Shown here: positions 23,080 through 38,470 of the stretch, in pieces | How the letters are laid out: every line of letters starts with the position of its first letter | Position numbering within the stretch: position 1 is the stretch's first letter | Origin: Macrostomum lignano | Taxonomy: Eukaryota | Length of the DNA stretch: 64,000 nt | Direction of reading: 5' to 3' | Assembly: GCA_002269645.1 (NCBI GenBank) | Contig: NIVC01002901.1 | Span: 66,762-130,761, forward strand | The notes under the pieces: generated by a model | The model's database searches: none | Told to the model about the DNA's origin: nothing | Seen by the model: only the letters and a program-made list of their open reading frames with translations | Program-made: the position numbers and the translations under genes

Positions 23080-23720
23080 CCAAAATAATGTCACTCCGAT
23101 CAACCAGAATAATGTCACTCTGATCTATCAGAATAATGTCACTCTGATCTACCAGAATAATGTCACTCCGATCAAACAGAATAATGTCACTCCGATCAAA
23201 CAGAATAATGTCATTCCTATCAAACAGAACAATTTCACTCCGATCAAACAGAAAAATGTCACTCCGATCAAACAGAACAATGTCACTCCTATCAAACAGA
23301 ACAATGTCACTCCGATCAAACAGAACAATGTCACTCCGATCAAACAGAACAATGTCACTCCTATCAAACAGAACAATGTCACTCCGATCAAACAGAACAA
23401 TGTCACTCCGATCAAACAGAACAATGTCACTCCTATCAAACAGAATAATGTCACTCCGATCAAACAGAACAATGTCACTACGATCAAACAGAACAATGTC
23501 ACTCCTATCAAACAGAACAATGTCACTCCTATCAAACAGAATAATGTCACTCCGATCAAACAGAACAATGTCACTCCTATCAAACAGAACAATGTCACTC
23601 CTATCAAACAGAACAATGTCACTCCGATCAAACAGAACAATGTCACTCCTATCAAACAGAACAATGTCACTCCTATCAAACAGAATAATGTCACTCCGAT
23701 CAAACAGAACAATGTCACTA
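23080..23720. repeat. 24-bp tandem repeat (AATGTCACTCCGATCAAACAGAAC)n
   Basis: About 26 copies. Confidence 0.97.
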
Positions 23721-24317
23721 CGGGCTCGCGTCATAAAAGCTACACAAGGCCAAGCAAAGGTTTCAGTAATGTTGCGAAATGAAATGACTTCTTTAACAGC
23801 AAGCATCTGGGGGCCATAAAAGCGGGCAGTTGGTAAGCAGAAGTTGATACGGGTCGGGAAGGGCAGGGGGCTGTAGTGCTGCAGCCAGACAAGCCGCAAT
23901 CTTGTCCGAACTTCAAGGACATCAAAGCCGCCCTGCAGTGCCCTTGAAAGTGGTGTCTGCCTCTCTGCCTTTGATTTATAACCCGGCTTGTTGCTGATCT
24001 GGGACTCTGATCCCCGAGGCGGGCAATTGTGGCCCCCTCGCTTGTCAAACTTCAGTCAAAGCTGCCCACCCCAACCCAAACATTCGGGGGGCAGGTCGCA
24101 CTTCAGGAATCTGAATAATCCAAACAGAACTGAAGCAAACTGTTTACTATGCTATGGGACCGGGACACCAGGCCAGGGAGTTCTCGAACCAGATTTCTGG
24201 AGTGGAAATTGAACTGCGCGGGCTTCGGTCTGCGATAGGGAGATTGTGCATTTGTTCCGAGAGGGGGCACAGCAGTCCTGAGGTTAACGAGGGGACAGCG
24301 CCTTGGCTTTGCCCCGA

Positions 24318-25955
24318 GGGATCTGGGATCTAGGATCTGGGATCTAGGATCTGGGATCTAGGATCTGGGATCTAGGATCTGGGATCTAGGATCTGGGATC
24401 TAGGATCTGGGATCTGGGATCTAGGATCTAGGATCTGGGATCTAGGATCTGGGATCTAGGATCTGGGATCTAGGATCTGGGATCTAGGATCTGGGATCTA
24501 GGATCTGGGATCTAGGATCTGGGATCTAGGATCTGGGATCTAGGATCTGGGATCTAGGATCTGGGATCTAGGATCTGGGATCTGGATCTAGGATCTAGGA
24601 TCTGGGATCTAGGATCTGGGATCTAGGATCTGGGATCTAGGATCTGGGATCTAGGATCTGGGATCTAGGATCTGGGATCTAGGATCTGGGATCTAGGATC
24701 TGGGATCTAGGATCTGGGATCTAGGATCTGGGATCTAGGATCTGGGATCTAGGATCTGGGATCTAGGATCTGGGATCTAGGATCTGGGATCTAGGATCTG
24801 GGATCTAGGATCTGGGATCTAGGATCTGGGATCTAGGATCTGGGATCTAGGATCTGGGATCTAGGATCTGGGATCTAGGATCTGGGATCTAGGATCTGGG
24901 ATCTAGGATCTGGGATCTAGGATCTGGGATCTAGGATCTGGGATCTAGGATCTGGGATCTAGGATCTGGGATCTAGGATCTGGGATCTAGGATCTGGGAT
25001 CTAGGATCTGGGATCTAGGATCTGGGATCTAGGATCTGGGATCTAGGATCTGGGATCTAGGATCTGGGATCTAGGATCTGGGATCTAGGATCTGGGATCT
25101 AGGATCTGGGATCTAGGATCTGGGATCTAGGATCTGGGATCTAGGATCTGGGATCTAGGATCTGGGATCTAGGATCTGGGATCTAGGATCTGGGATCTAG
25201 GATCTGGGATCTAGGATCTGGGATCTAGGATCTGGGATCTAGGATCTGGGATCTAGGATCTGGGATCTAGGATCTGGGATCTAGGATCTGGGATCTAGGA
25301 TCTGGGATCTAGGATCTGGGATCTAGGATCTGGGATCTAGGATCTGGGATCTAGGATCTGGGATCTAGGATCTGGGATCTAGGATCTGGGATCTAGGATC
25401 TGGGATCTAGGATCTGGGATCTAGGATCTGGGATCTAGGATCTGGGATCTAGGATCTGGGATCTAGGATCTGGGATCTAGGATCTGGGATCTAGGATCTG
25501 GGATCTAGGATCTGGGATCTAGGATCTGGGATCTAGGATCTGGGATCTAGGATCTGGGATCTAGGATCTGGGATCTAGGATCTGGGATCTAGGATCTGGG
25601 ATCTAGGATCTGGGATCTAGGATCTGGATCTGGATCTAGGATCTGGGATCTAGGATCTGGGATCTAGGATCTGGGATCTAGGATCTGGGATCTAGGATCT
25701 GGGATCTAGGATCTGGGATCTAGGATCTGGGATCTAGGATCTGGGATCTAGGATCTGGGATCTAGGATCTGGGATCTAGGATCTGGGATCTAGGATCTGG
25801 GATCTAGGATCTGGGATCTAGGATCTGGGATCTAGGATCTGGGATCTAGGATCTGGGATCTAGGATCTGGGATCTAGGATCTGGGATCTAGGATCTGGGA
25901 TCTAGGATCTGGGATCTAGGATCTGGGATCTAGGATCTAGGATCTAGGATCTGGG
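24318..25955. repeat. 14-bp tandem repeat (GGATCTAGGATCTG)n, alternating heptamers, ~1.6 kb
   Basis: Nearly perfect array. Confidence 0.98.
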
Positions 25956-26631
25956 ACGCATAGTTCTCCTGTTCATCCCAAATGAATCCAGCGATTTCAC
26001 CGCGGCTTCCCCAGACTGAAACTGCAGTCAAAAACTTGGCGCACGGGAGGCCCGTCTAATTAAAATGAATTATTAGCAGGAATAATGAATGCGGAAGCGC
26101 CTTGGCTTTGCCCAACACCAACAAGGCCCCATCGGCCCCACCCCTCTCGGCCGGGGATCCGCGGCCCGAGAAACTGCCAATTAAAACTAATTGGGTCACT
26201 CAGCCGGCTGAATTCGCGAAATCCCGGGACCCAAGGCGAGCGCCCGGTAGGCCCAACTAAACATCAGCGAGTAGAGGCAGCCGAGCACTTGAGCTCAAAG
26301 AATATATTATGAGTTATGATTGCACGCGGACAGGGGACCCCGCCTTGGCTGAAGTGGCCACTCAGGCCTGAGTCAGGCTGGGCCGCCTCCTGGAAACAAT
26401 GGGAGGCTCAGCTCCTCATCTCAGTGGCAAGAATTTCTCTCCTCCTCCCGACTCTCCCAGCATTCAATTAATTAATAAGCGGACCGTTCGCTCAGCCAGG
26501 GGGTCCTCAAAGCTTTTTTGAGACAATGGGGAAGAGATTCAGGAGGCAAAGTTCTCTGGGATTCTTTGGGATCGTTTGTTGGAGACGGCGGCTCTGGAGC
26601 TGGGAAGCGGAATCAGCCGAGCTGTTTGGTA

Positions 26632-27432
26632 CAGCTGGGAGCTGGGAGATGGGAGAGGGGAGAGGGGAGATGGGAGAGGGGAGAGGGGAGATGGGAGAGG
26701 GGAGATGGGAGAGGGGAGCTGGGAGATGGGAGATGGGAGATGGGAGAGGGGAGATGGAAGAGGGGAGATGGGAGAGGGGAGATGGGAACTGGGAGATGGG
26801 AGCTCGGAGATGGGAGATGGGAGATGGGAGATGGGAGCTCGGAGATGGGAGATGGGAGCTGGGAGATGGGAGATGGGAGCTGGGAGATGGGGGCTCGGAG
26901 ATGGGAGATGGGAGATAGGGGCTCGGAGATGGGAGATGGGAGATGGGAGCTCGGAGATGGGAGATGGGAGATGGGAGATGGGAGAAGGGAGCTGGGAGAT
27001 GGGAGCTGGGAGATGGGAGATGGGAGATGGGAGATGGGGGCTCGGAGATGGGAGATGGGAGATGGGGGCTCGGAGATGGTAGATGGGAGCTGGGAGATGG
27101 GAGATGGGAGATGGGAGCTGGGAGATGGGAGATGGGAGATGGGGGATGGGAGATGGGAGCTGGGAGATGGGAGCTGGGAGATGGGAGATGGGAGATGGGA
27201 GATGGGAGCTGGGAGATTGGAGATGGGGGATCGGAGATGGGAGATGGGAGACGGGAGCTGGGAGATGGGAGATGGGAGCTGGGAGATTGGAGATGGGGGA
27301 TCGGAGATGGGAGATGGGAGACGGGAGCTGGGAGATGGGAGATGGGAGCTGGGAGATTGGAGATGGGGGATCGGAGATGGGAGATGGGAGATGGGAGATG
27401 GGAGATGGGAGCTGGGAGCTGGGAGATAGGAG
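26632..27432. repeat. (GGGAGAT)n-based G-rich satellite with GGGAGCT variants
   Basis: Direct inspection. Confidence 0.95.
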
Positions 27433-28282
27433 AAGGGAGCAGCAATGGCTGCTCAAGCCGGTGCTCGAAGAGGTTGATGAGGTGCAGGGCAGCTGGGGGT
27501 GGGGCTGAGTTCGAGGCGGGATTTGCTACACCGGTTGTAGCAAAAGCAGCAACAGAGCTGCTTTCCGGGAAATTGCTTGCTCAATCACGCAAATGACGCT
27601 GAGGAGGGGCCGAATGCGAATTAAGAAATCACGGCAAAATTTGGACTCAAGGCGCAGCCGCCAATGAAAGAGTTCAGCACAAAAGGAAAATATTTTTAAT
27701 TGAAGTGCACCGAGAGGGAATCAGCTGGTTTCCGGGCGGAATTCAAGTGCCAATCTCCCCTCCCAAATCCGATTGATGCTGCGCGGGCTGGGGATGGCGA
27801 AGATCTGGGGCTGGCTGGCAGGCAGGCAATTTGCATAATTGGAAGGAGATGGCAGCGGCGGGCCGGGGGAGGCCGGGTGTTTGCACACGCGGAGCTGCCA
27901 AAATGCGATCCTAATTATAATGGGGAAATTTTCCCTGATTGCATCGCTGCACAATGGGGCCCCGAGCTGCTGCTGACTCAGCAGTTGTTCCGGATAATTA
28001 ACCTGGGCATTGATTATTTCGGCTACTGTGGGAGATTAGGAATCGAATCTCTGGGAAATTCATCAGGCTGATTGATTGGCCGGGTTGGCTGGCTTTTCTG
28101 GGCGCGATTTATAACAAAATTGCAGTTTTTCCTTTTAGCTGCTGCGATTGCGAAAGCAGACAAATCCAGATTTCTGAGCTGGATGGAGTCGAAAATCATG
28201 CTCAAGAACAGGAGAGGAGAGAAGAAGAGAGGAGAGAAGATGAGATGAGAGAATAGAGGACAGGTGAGGTGAGGAAAGGAGA

Positions 28283-28840
28283 GGAGAGCAGAGCAGAGCA
28301 AAGCAGAGCAAAGCAGAGCAAAGCAGAGCAAAGCAGAGCAAAGCAGAGCAAAGCAGAGCAAAGCAGAGCAAAGCAGAGCAAAGCAGAGCAAAGCAGAGCA
28401 AAGCAGAGCAAAGCAGAGCAAAGCAGAGCAAAGCAGAGCAAAGCAGAGCAAAGCAGAGCAAAGCAGAGCAAAGCAGAGCAAAGCAGAGCAAAGCAGAGCA
28501 AAGCAGAGCAAAGCAGAGCAAAGCAGAGCAAAGCAGAGCAAAGCAGAGCAAAGCAGAGCAAAGCAGAGCAAAGCAGAGCAAAGCAGAGCAAAGCAGAGCA
28601 AAGCAGAGCAAAGCAGAGCAAAGCAGAGCAAAGCAGAGCAAAGCAGAGCAAAGCAGAGCAAAGCAGAGCAAAGCAGAGCAAAGCAGAGCAGAGCAGAGCA
28701 GAGCAGAGCAGAGCAGAGCAGAGCAGAGCAGAGCAGAGCAGAGCAGAGCAGAGCAGAGCAGAGCAGAGCAGAGCAGAGCAGAGCAGAGCAGAGCAGAGCA
28801 GAGCAGAGCAGAAGCAGAGCAGAGCAGAGCAGAGCAGAGC
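28283..28840. repeat. (AGAGCAAAGC)n grading into (AGAGC)n
   Basis: Direct inspection. Confidence 0.97.
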
Positions 28841-29331
28841 AGGTCAGCTGACCTATCAGGTGGAAAACTGGGAAGCTGAAAACTTCCAGGCGGTTTGCCG
28901 GCCGTCTCGCAAGCGGAGATTCCGAGATGAGGGAGGAAAGCCGGCAGAGCGGAGCGGCAAGGCTGCAGCAAGGCCGGCAAGCGCCTGCCTCATCAATTAG
29001 TAAAGCGAGGCTGTTTTCCCCCAGCACGCGGGACAAATTCTTCACCTCATTAATAATTAAGCAGAAGCCCCCCGCTTTTTTAAAAAACTTGTAAGCGCAC
29101 GAACTGGGGCAGCAGCTGCTTTTTTCGCGTCCCCCCGTTAAAAAAACTCTGCGGGATAATTCTCCCCAAACGGCCTTTGCCGATAATCCGCGCGCCTGAC
29201 ATCCCGCATTGTCTGGCTCGTCTCTGGGAGAACAAAATTGCAGGCAGCTAGCTAGTTTGCCTGGCTTGGGCAATTTTACTAATGAATTTCTCTAACCTCA
29301 GGTGCTGCCGGCTTCAAGCGACTGCAGCTCG

Positions 29332-29700
29332 TGCTAGTGCTGAGGCTAAGGCTGAGGCTAGTGCTGAGACTAAGGCTGAGGCTAGTACTGAAGGTAATGC
29401 TGAGGCTAGTGCTGAGGCTAAGGCTGAGGCTAGTGCTGAGGATAATGCTGAGGCTAAGGCTGAGGCTAAGACTGAGGCTAGTGCTGAGGCTAAGGCTGAG
29501 GCTAGTGCTGAGGCTAAAGCTGAGGCTAGTGCTGAGGATAATGCTGAGGCTAAGGCTGAGGCTAAGGCTGAGGCTAGTGCTGAGGCTAATGCTGAGGCTA
29601 GTGCTGAGGCTAATGCTGAGGCTAAAGTCAAGACTAAGGCCGAGGCTAAAGCCAAGGCTAATGCTGAGGCTAAGGCGAAGGCTAATGACAGCTAATGCTG
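29332..29700. repeat. 6/12-bp repeat (GCTGAGGCTAAG / GCTGAGGCTAGT)n
   Basis: Direct inspection; see findings for possible coding use. Confidence 0.9.
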
Positions 29701-30234
29701 AAACTAATTCATAAGCTATTGTTGATGCCAATGCGAAAGCCAGTGCGAAGGTTAATGCATAGAAATCAACTTTCTAAGAAATCTCAGTTCAATACCGCGC
29801 GAAAACTCAACACGCGGCCCCCCGCTGGTTTACATAAATATTTCAGCTCCGGCAGGCGGCAGGCATACAGCATCTGGTGAAATTCATTGAGAAATTAATT
29901 CCTGCATAATTAATGCGGGCAGCTCAGCATCCGACATCAGCTATTATCGTTGGCCAGCCCTGATTCGGCCAGCTCAGGCTGGCACTGACCTGTCACTCAA
30001 ATCCAATCCTTTTCAATTGCACAAGGAGTGACTGATCGAGTAATTGAATTCCGCGAGCCACAGCGGGGTAGCAGAGCCGGGCAGAGGGCTCAAGAAGAGC
30101 CGCAGACAGATGGACACAGAAGACACCTTCAAGGACAAGACAAAATGCAGAATGATGCAGGCAAAGGGTAAGGTGCAGACACACGGGTCAACTAACGCGG
30201 AAAGACAAGGCACAAACACCACAGGAAGACACAC

Positions 30235-30795
30235 GACAGACACAGGCACAAGCCTAAAGACACAGACCCTAAACACATGGCAGACACAGGCCCAAGTCTA
30301 GCGGAATGGGAGACCCTCGCCTCCCCGCTGTATCTACGGACCACCCTGCAGCCAAGTCAGACCCAAGCCTAAAGACAAATGGCAGACACAGGCCCTGACA
30401 CATGTCAGACACAGGCCCAAGCCTAAGGACACATGACAGACACAGGCCCAAGCCTAAGGACACATGGCAGACACAGGCCCAAGCCTAAGGACACATGACA
30501 GACACAGGCCCAAGCCTAAGGACACATGGCAGACACAGACGCAAGCCTAAGGACACATGACAGACACAGGCCCAAGCCTAAGGACACATGACAGACACAG
30601 GCCCAAGCCTAAGGACACATGGCAGACACAGACGCAAGCCTAAGGACACATGACAGACACAGGCCCAAGCCTAAGGACACATGGCAGACACAGACGCAAG
30701 CCTAAGGACACATGACAGACACAGGCCCAAGCCTAAGGACACATGACAGACACAGGCCCAAGCCTAAGGACACATGGCAGGCACAGGCCCAAGAC
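30235..30795. repeat. 31-bp tandem repeat (GACACAGGCCCAAGCCTAAGGACACATGRCA)n
   Basis: About 13 core copies at 30395-30790, with degenerate copies to the left. Confidence 0.93.
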
Positions 30796-31578
30796 AAGGC
30801 ACATTAATGACAGACAAGGACAGCTTCAATACTGGTACAGAGATCTCATGACAAGGAGGCCAGACAGGCAGTCCCAAAGCCGCAACCAGAAGCAACCCTG
30901 GCTGCTAAAGCAGATGTAAAATCGATCTCCAACTCACAAAGGCGCGGTTGTGTCAGATTACCCCCAACATGGCTACACTGCCAAGCACAAGCCCCAACTT
31001 TACTATTGTTTTCAATTACAATGCCAGCCACCCACAAAGGATATTTAGCTGGCTGTGAAACAGGAGGATTCAGTCAGTCAGGGCAGTTCAATGGCCTTCG
31101 CTTGGCGCACAAAGACTGGCTGCGATCTCAGCAGCTCTCGGGTTGCACGGCGGGCAGGCAGAATTTCCCACAGAGACTTGAGTCTCCAATTCCAGATGTG
31201 CTTGACGCACTACTGACAAAGCTGTTCTCAGTAGCAGTGCGCGCGCGAGACAAATAAATTGACAGCGACAGCAAAAAAGTTTTGTTTGTTTATTTTATCA
31301 TTAAACACGAACTGACAACAGAAATCGACCATTGATTTGCACTGATCCAAGCTGATCAAGTTTATTATTATTTTACAAGCAAAACACGCTAAATGGGGCA
31401 TTTCGGGATGAAGCATTGCAAAAAAATATAACAGCAATTAGCAGCAATACACGCTCGTAGCATGTACAAGTGCTTAAAAAACATTCGACACTTTCCCCTG
31501 AGCACTCCGCGATCTAGCAGGTCACCCACCCAGCAGTTCATTCCTATATCCGCCCAGCATTCACTCCGCCATCCATCC

Positions 31579-31836
31579 AGCTAGCAGGTCACTCTTATAC
31601 CCGCCCAGCTAGCAGGTCACTCTTATACCCGCCCAGCTAGCAGGTCACTCTTATACCCGCCCAGCTAGCAGGTCACTCTTATACCCGCCCAGCTAGCAGG
31701 TCACTCTTATACCCGCCCAGCTAGCAGGTCACTCTTATACCCGCCCAGCTAGCAGGTCACTCTTATACCCGCCCAGCTAGCAGGTCACTCTTATACCCGC
31801 CCAGCTAGCAGGTCACTCTTATACCCGCCCAGCAGG

Positions 31837-31842
<6 letters not shown>
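31579..31842. repeat. 28-bp tandem repeat AGCTAGCAGGTCACTCTTATACCCGCCC x9 in the MCRS1 3'UTR
   Basis: Nine identical copies at 31579-31830; the last partial copy overlaps the MCRS1 stop. Confidence 0.97.
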
Positions 31843-33649
<1,807 letters not shown>

Positions 33650-33954
33650 GATGAGCGGCGGCTGCTCAGTTCAGTGCGGCGGCCTGGCAAATCGCTGGCT
33701 GCATTGCACTGATCTATGCGCAGCAAGTTAAGCAGATTTGGTGGCGGTTAGTACTCAACCGTGCTCTGTACGGGCTGCAGTTAGCCAACTCTGCAGCGAA
33801 TCAGGCGCGCACGGCTGCTGCATTTTCTATTCAATATCCAATAGAAATGATCCGGACTCTTTCTAGTGCAGTCAATAAAGCTTCATGATTTTGACTTTGC
33901 TCAAACCTGCGGCAACTACAGCTTTTACCTGAACTCCTAACTTGACTCATATCA

Positions 33955-34850
33955 TCACCGACTCAAATCATCACCGACTCATATTATCACTGGCTCACTT
34001 ACATCATCACTGACTCACTCACATCATCACTGACTCTCATCACTGACTCACTTACATCATCAGACTCTCATCACTGACTCACTTACATTATCACTGACTC
34101 CCTAACATCGCTGCCTCATATAACCACTGACTCACTCAAATCATCACTGACTCACTCACATAATCACTGACTCACTCACATCATCACTGACTCTCATCAC
34201 TGACTCACTTACATTATCTCTGACTCCTAACATCACTGCCTCATATAACCACTGACTCACATCATCAATGACTCACTCACATCATCACTGACTCACTCAC
34301 ATCATCACTGACTCTCATCACTGACTCACTTACATCATCAGACTCTCATCACTGACTCACTTACATTATCACTGACTCCCTAACATCGCTGCCTCATATA
34401 ACCACTGACTCACTCAAATCATCACTGACTCACTCACATAATCACTGACTCACTCACATCATCACTGACTCTCATCACTGACTCACTTACATTATCTCTG
34501 ACTCCTAACATCACTGCCTCATATAACCACTGACTCACATCATCAATGACTCACTCACATTATCACTGACTCACTCACATCATTACTGACTCTCATCATG
34601 ACTGACTCATCACTGCCTCATATAACCACCGACTCACATCACCACTGACTCATATAGAGTAACCTAATACGCGGAGTGACAATCAACAGTGACCTAAGCA
34701 AGACACCTATGGTACGCAAAGCCAAACCTGTTGCGCAAGCAGCCTCATCGCGGACTCCCAGCTGCCGGCAGCGGCGTGATCAATCCTTACTGACTCACAT
34801 CACCCTGACTCATATCCTTACTGACTCACTCACATCATCACTGACCTAAA
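33955..34850. repeat. Degenerate (ATCACTGACTCACTCAC)-type satellite with a ~278-bp internal duplication
   Basis: CAGACTCTCATC at 34061 and 34339, with matching flanks. Confidence 0.9.
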
Positions 34851-35244
34851 AGAATCAATGACAAGTAAAGGGAAATACCAAATTGGAAAGCAACAAATTT
34901 ATTTTCATCCAGCACAGTGTTGGCTCTGCAAACACGTAAAGGGGATTTAAACAAACTGAAACAGGGAAAAACACCGCAGAAAAACCTCGGATCGAGAACA
35001 AAAAACAACTTGAAATTTTAGCGAATCGTCATAATAACAACTCAGATATAAATATGACTAACTGATCCGCCAACTCGCACAAAACTGACAAGGAAATCTT
35101 CTCTGGATTTTGTTGCCGAGCTAAAAATGTTCAATTTATCAAATTTTACGCTGGCATTTTTGATGCGCTGGCAAACTGAGTAGCGGCAGTCCGCATTGCC
35201 AGCCACGGTTTTTGAAGGTTTCAAGTTCTCCCCAGCCTACTGGG

Positions 35245-37500
35245 TGCAGGGATTGATGCAGGGACTGATGGGTGAAGGGAATCATGCAGGGATCGGGAAA
35301 GGGACTGATGGGTAAATGGATGATGCAGGGAATGGGGAAGGGAATAATGCAGGGATTGGGGAAGGGAATGATGCAGGGATTGGGGAAGGGAATGATGCAG
35401 GGATCGGGAAAGGGACTGATGGGTAAATGGATGATGCAGGGATTGGGGAAGGGACTGATGCAGGGATTGGGGAAGGGACTGATGCAGGGATAGGGAAGGG
35501 ACTGATGCAGGGATTGGGGAAGGGACTGATGCAGGGATAGGGAAGGGACTGATGCAGGGATTGGGGAAGGGACTGATGCCGGGATTGGGGAAGGGACTGA
35601 TGCAGGGATTGGGGAAGGGACTGATGCAGGGATTGGGGAAGGGACTGATGCAGGGATTGGGGAAGGGACTGATGCAGGGATAGGGGAAGGGACTGATGCC
35701 GGGATTGGGGAAGGGACTGATGCAGGGATTGGGGAAGGGACTGATGCCGGGATTGGGGAAGGGACTGATGCAGGGATTGGGGAAGGGACTGATGCAGGGA
35801 TTGGGGAAGGGACTGATGCCGGGATTGGGGAAGGGACTGATGCAGGGATTGGGGAAGGGACTGATGCCGGGATTGGGGAAGGGACTGATGCAGGGATTGG
35901 GGAAGGGACTGATGCAGGGATTGGGGAAGGGACTGATGCAGGGATTGGTGAATGTTAAATTGCAAAATCCAGACCATAGGAATTTCAATGGTGTGCCTGT
36001 GTTTGCCAGCTACCTGGAAGCGGCTCACAGCGGCTCACAGAGGGGTCTGCAGACGCATCATAATGGTGACCATCAAAAAGGTTATCAATGAAAACGCGAG
36101 GCCCAACTCGAGCCAAACCGATCGCGGAAAATTTTTGACCTTTTATAAAAATTACAAAGTCACATAATGCAATAGAAGTTTGAATAACTAAACATCGGAA
36201 TATAAACTAGCAAACACGGAGGCGGCAGCTACGTGGCTGGTGCAGTATTTATACAGGTGAGAACATTAACTGACTAATAAGCCACCGCGTATTTTATTAG
36301 ACATAAGGGTCTGCTTGGCAACTACAGAAGGTAGGCGTTTCTGGAGCGGTCAGGTGCCTGCGTGCCATTCCCGAGCTGCGAGTCTCGGCAGGGAATGATG
36401 CAGGGATCGGGGATGGGAATGATGCAGGGATTGGGGAAGGGACTGATGCAGGGATTGGGGAAGGGACTGATGCAGGGATTGGGGAAGGGACTGATGCAGG
36501 GATTGGGGAAGGGACTGATGCAGGGATTGGGGAAGGGACTGATGCAGGGATTGGGGAAGGGACTGATGCAGGGATTGGGGAAGGGACTGATGCAGGGATT
36601 GGGGAAGGGAATGATGCAGGGATTGGGGAAGGGACTGATGCAGGGATTGGGGAAGGGACTGATGCCGGGATTGGGGAAGGGACTGATGCAGGGATTGGGG
36701 AAGGGACTGATGCAGGGATTGGGGAAGGGACTGATGCAGGGATTGGGGAAGGGACTGATGCAGGGATTGGGGAAGGGACTGATGCAGGGATTGGGGAAGG
36801 GACTGATGCCGGGATTGGGGAAGGGACTGATGCAGGGATTGGGGAAGGGACTGATGCCGGGATTGGGGAAGGGACTGATGCAGGGATTGGGGAAGGGACT
36901 GATGCAGGGATTGGTGAATGTTAAATTGCAAAATCCAGACCATAGGAATTTCAATGGTGTGCCTGTGTTTGCCAGCTACCTGGAAGCGGCTCACAGCGGC
37001 TCACAGAGGGGTCTGCAGACGCATCATAATGGTGACCATCAAAAAGGTTATCAATGAAAACGCGAGGCCCAACTCGAGCCAAACCGATCGCGGAAAATTT
37101 TTGACCTTTTATAAAAATTACAAAGTCACATAATGCAATAGAAGTTTGAATAACTAAACATCGGAATATAAACTAGCAAACACGGAGGCGGCAGCTACGT
37201 GGCTGGTGCAGTATTTATACAGGTGAGAACATTAACTGACTAATAAGCCACCGCGTATTTTATTAGACATAAGGGTCTGCTTGGCAACTACAGAAGGTAG
37301 GCGTTTCTGGAGCGGTCAGGTGCCTGCGTGCCATTCCCGAGCTGCGAGTCTCGGCAGGGAATGATGCAGGGATCGGGGATGGGAATGATGCAGGGATTGG
37401 GGAAGGGACTGATGCAGGGATTGGGGAAGGGACTGATGCAGGGATTAGAGAAGGGAGTGATGCAGGGATTGGGAAAGGGAATGATGCAGGGATCGGGGAA
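35245..37500. repeat. Three blocks of the 24-bp repeat (GCAGGGATTGGGGAAGGGACTGAT)n separated by two copies of a ~450-bp non-repetitive block (966-bp period)
   Basis: Identical ORFs at 35952..36167 and 36918..37133. Confidence 0.95.
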
Positions 37501-38470
37501 GGGAATGATGTAAGGAATGAGGAAGGGAATGATAAAGGGATCGGGGAAGGGAATGATGTAAGGAATGAGGAAGGGAATGATAAAGGGATCGGGGAAGGGA
37601 ATGATGTAAGGAATGAGGAAGGGAATGATACAGGGATCGGGGAAGGGAATGATGTAAGGAATGAGGAAGGGAATGATACAGGGATCGGGGAAGGGAATGA
37701 TGTAAGGAATGAGGAAGGGAATTATACAGGGATCGGGGAAGGGAATGATGTAAGGAATGAGGAAGGGAATTATACAGGAATCGGGAAGGGAATGATGTAA
37801 GGAATGAGGAAGGGAATTATACAGGGATCGGGGAAGGGAATGATGTAAGGAATGAGGAAGGGAATTATACAGGGATCGGGGAAGGGAATGATGTAAGGAA
37901 TGAGGAAGGGAATGATAAAGGGATCGGGGAAGGGAATGATGTAAGGAATGAGGAAGGGAATGATACAGGGATCGGGGAAGGGAATGATGTAAGGAATGAG
38001 GAAGGGAATTATACAGGGATCGGGGAAGGGAATGATGTAAGGAATGAGGAAGGGAATTATACAGGGATCGGGGAAGGGAATGATGTAAGGAATGAGGAAG
38101 GGAATTATACAGGGATCGGGGAAGGGAATGATGTAAGGAATGAGGAAGGGAATGATACAGGGATCGGGGAAGGGAATGATGTAAGGAATGAGGAAGGGAA
38201 TTATACAGGGATCGGGGAAGGGAATGATGTAAGGAATGAGGAAGGGAATTATACAGGGATCGGGGAAGGGAATGATGTAAGGAATGAGGAAGGGAATGAT
38301 AAAGGGATCGGGGAAGGGAATGATGTAAGGAATGAGGAAGGGAATGATACAGGGATCGGGGAAGGGAATGATGTAAGGAATGAGGAAGGGAATTATACAG
38401 GGATCGGGGAAGGGAATGATGTAAGGAATGAGGAAGGGAATGATGCAGGGATCGGGGAAGGAAGCGATGC
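37495..38470. repeat. 48-bp higher-order repeat (dimer of diverged 24-mers) GGGAAGGGAATGATGTAAGGAATGAGGAAGGGAATTATACAGGGATCG
   Basis: About 20 copies, contiguous with the 24-mer array. Confidence 0.95.
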
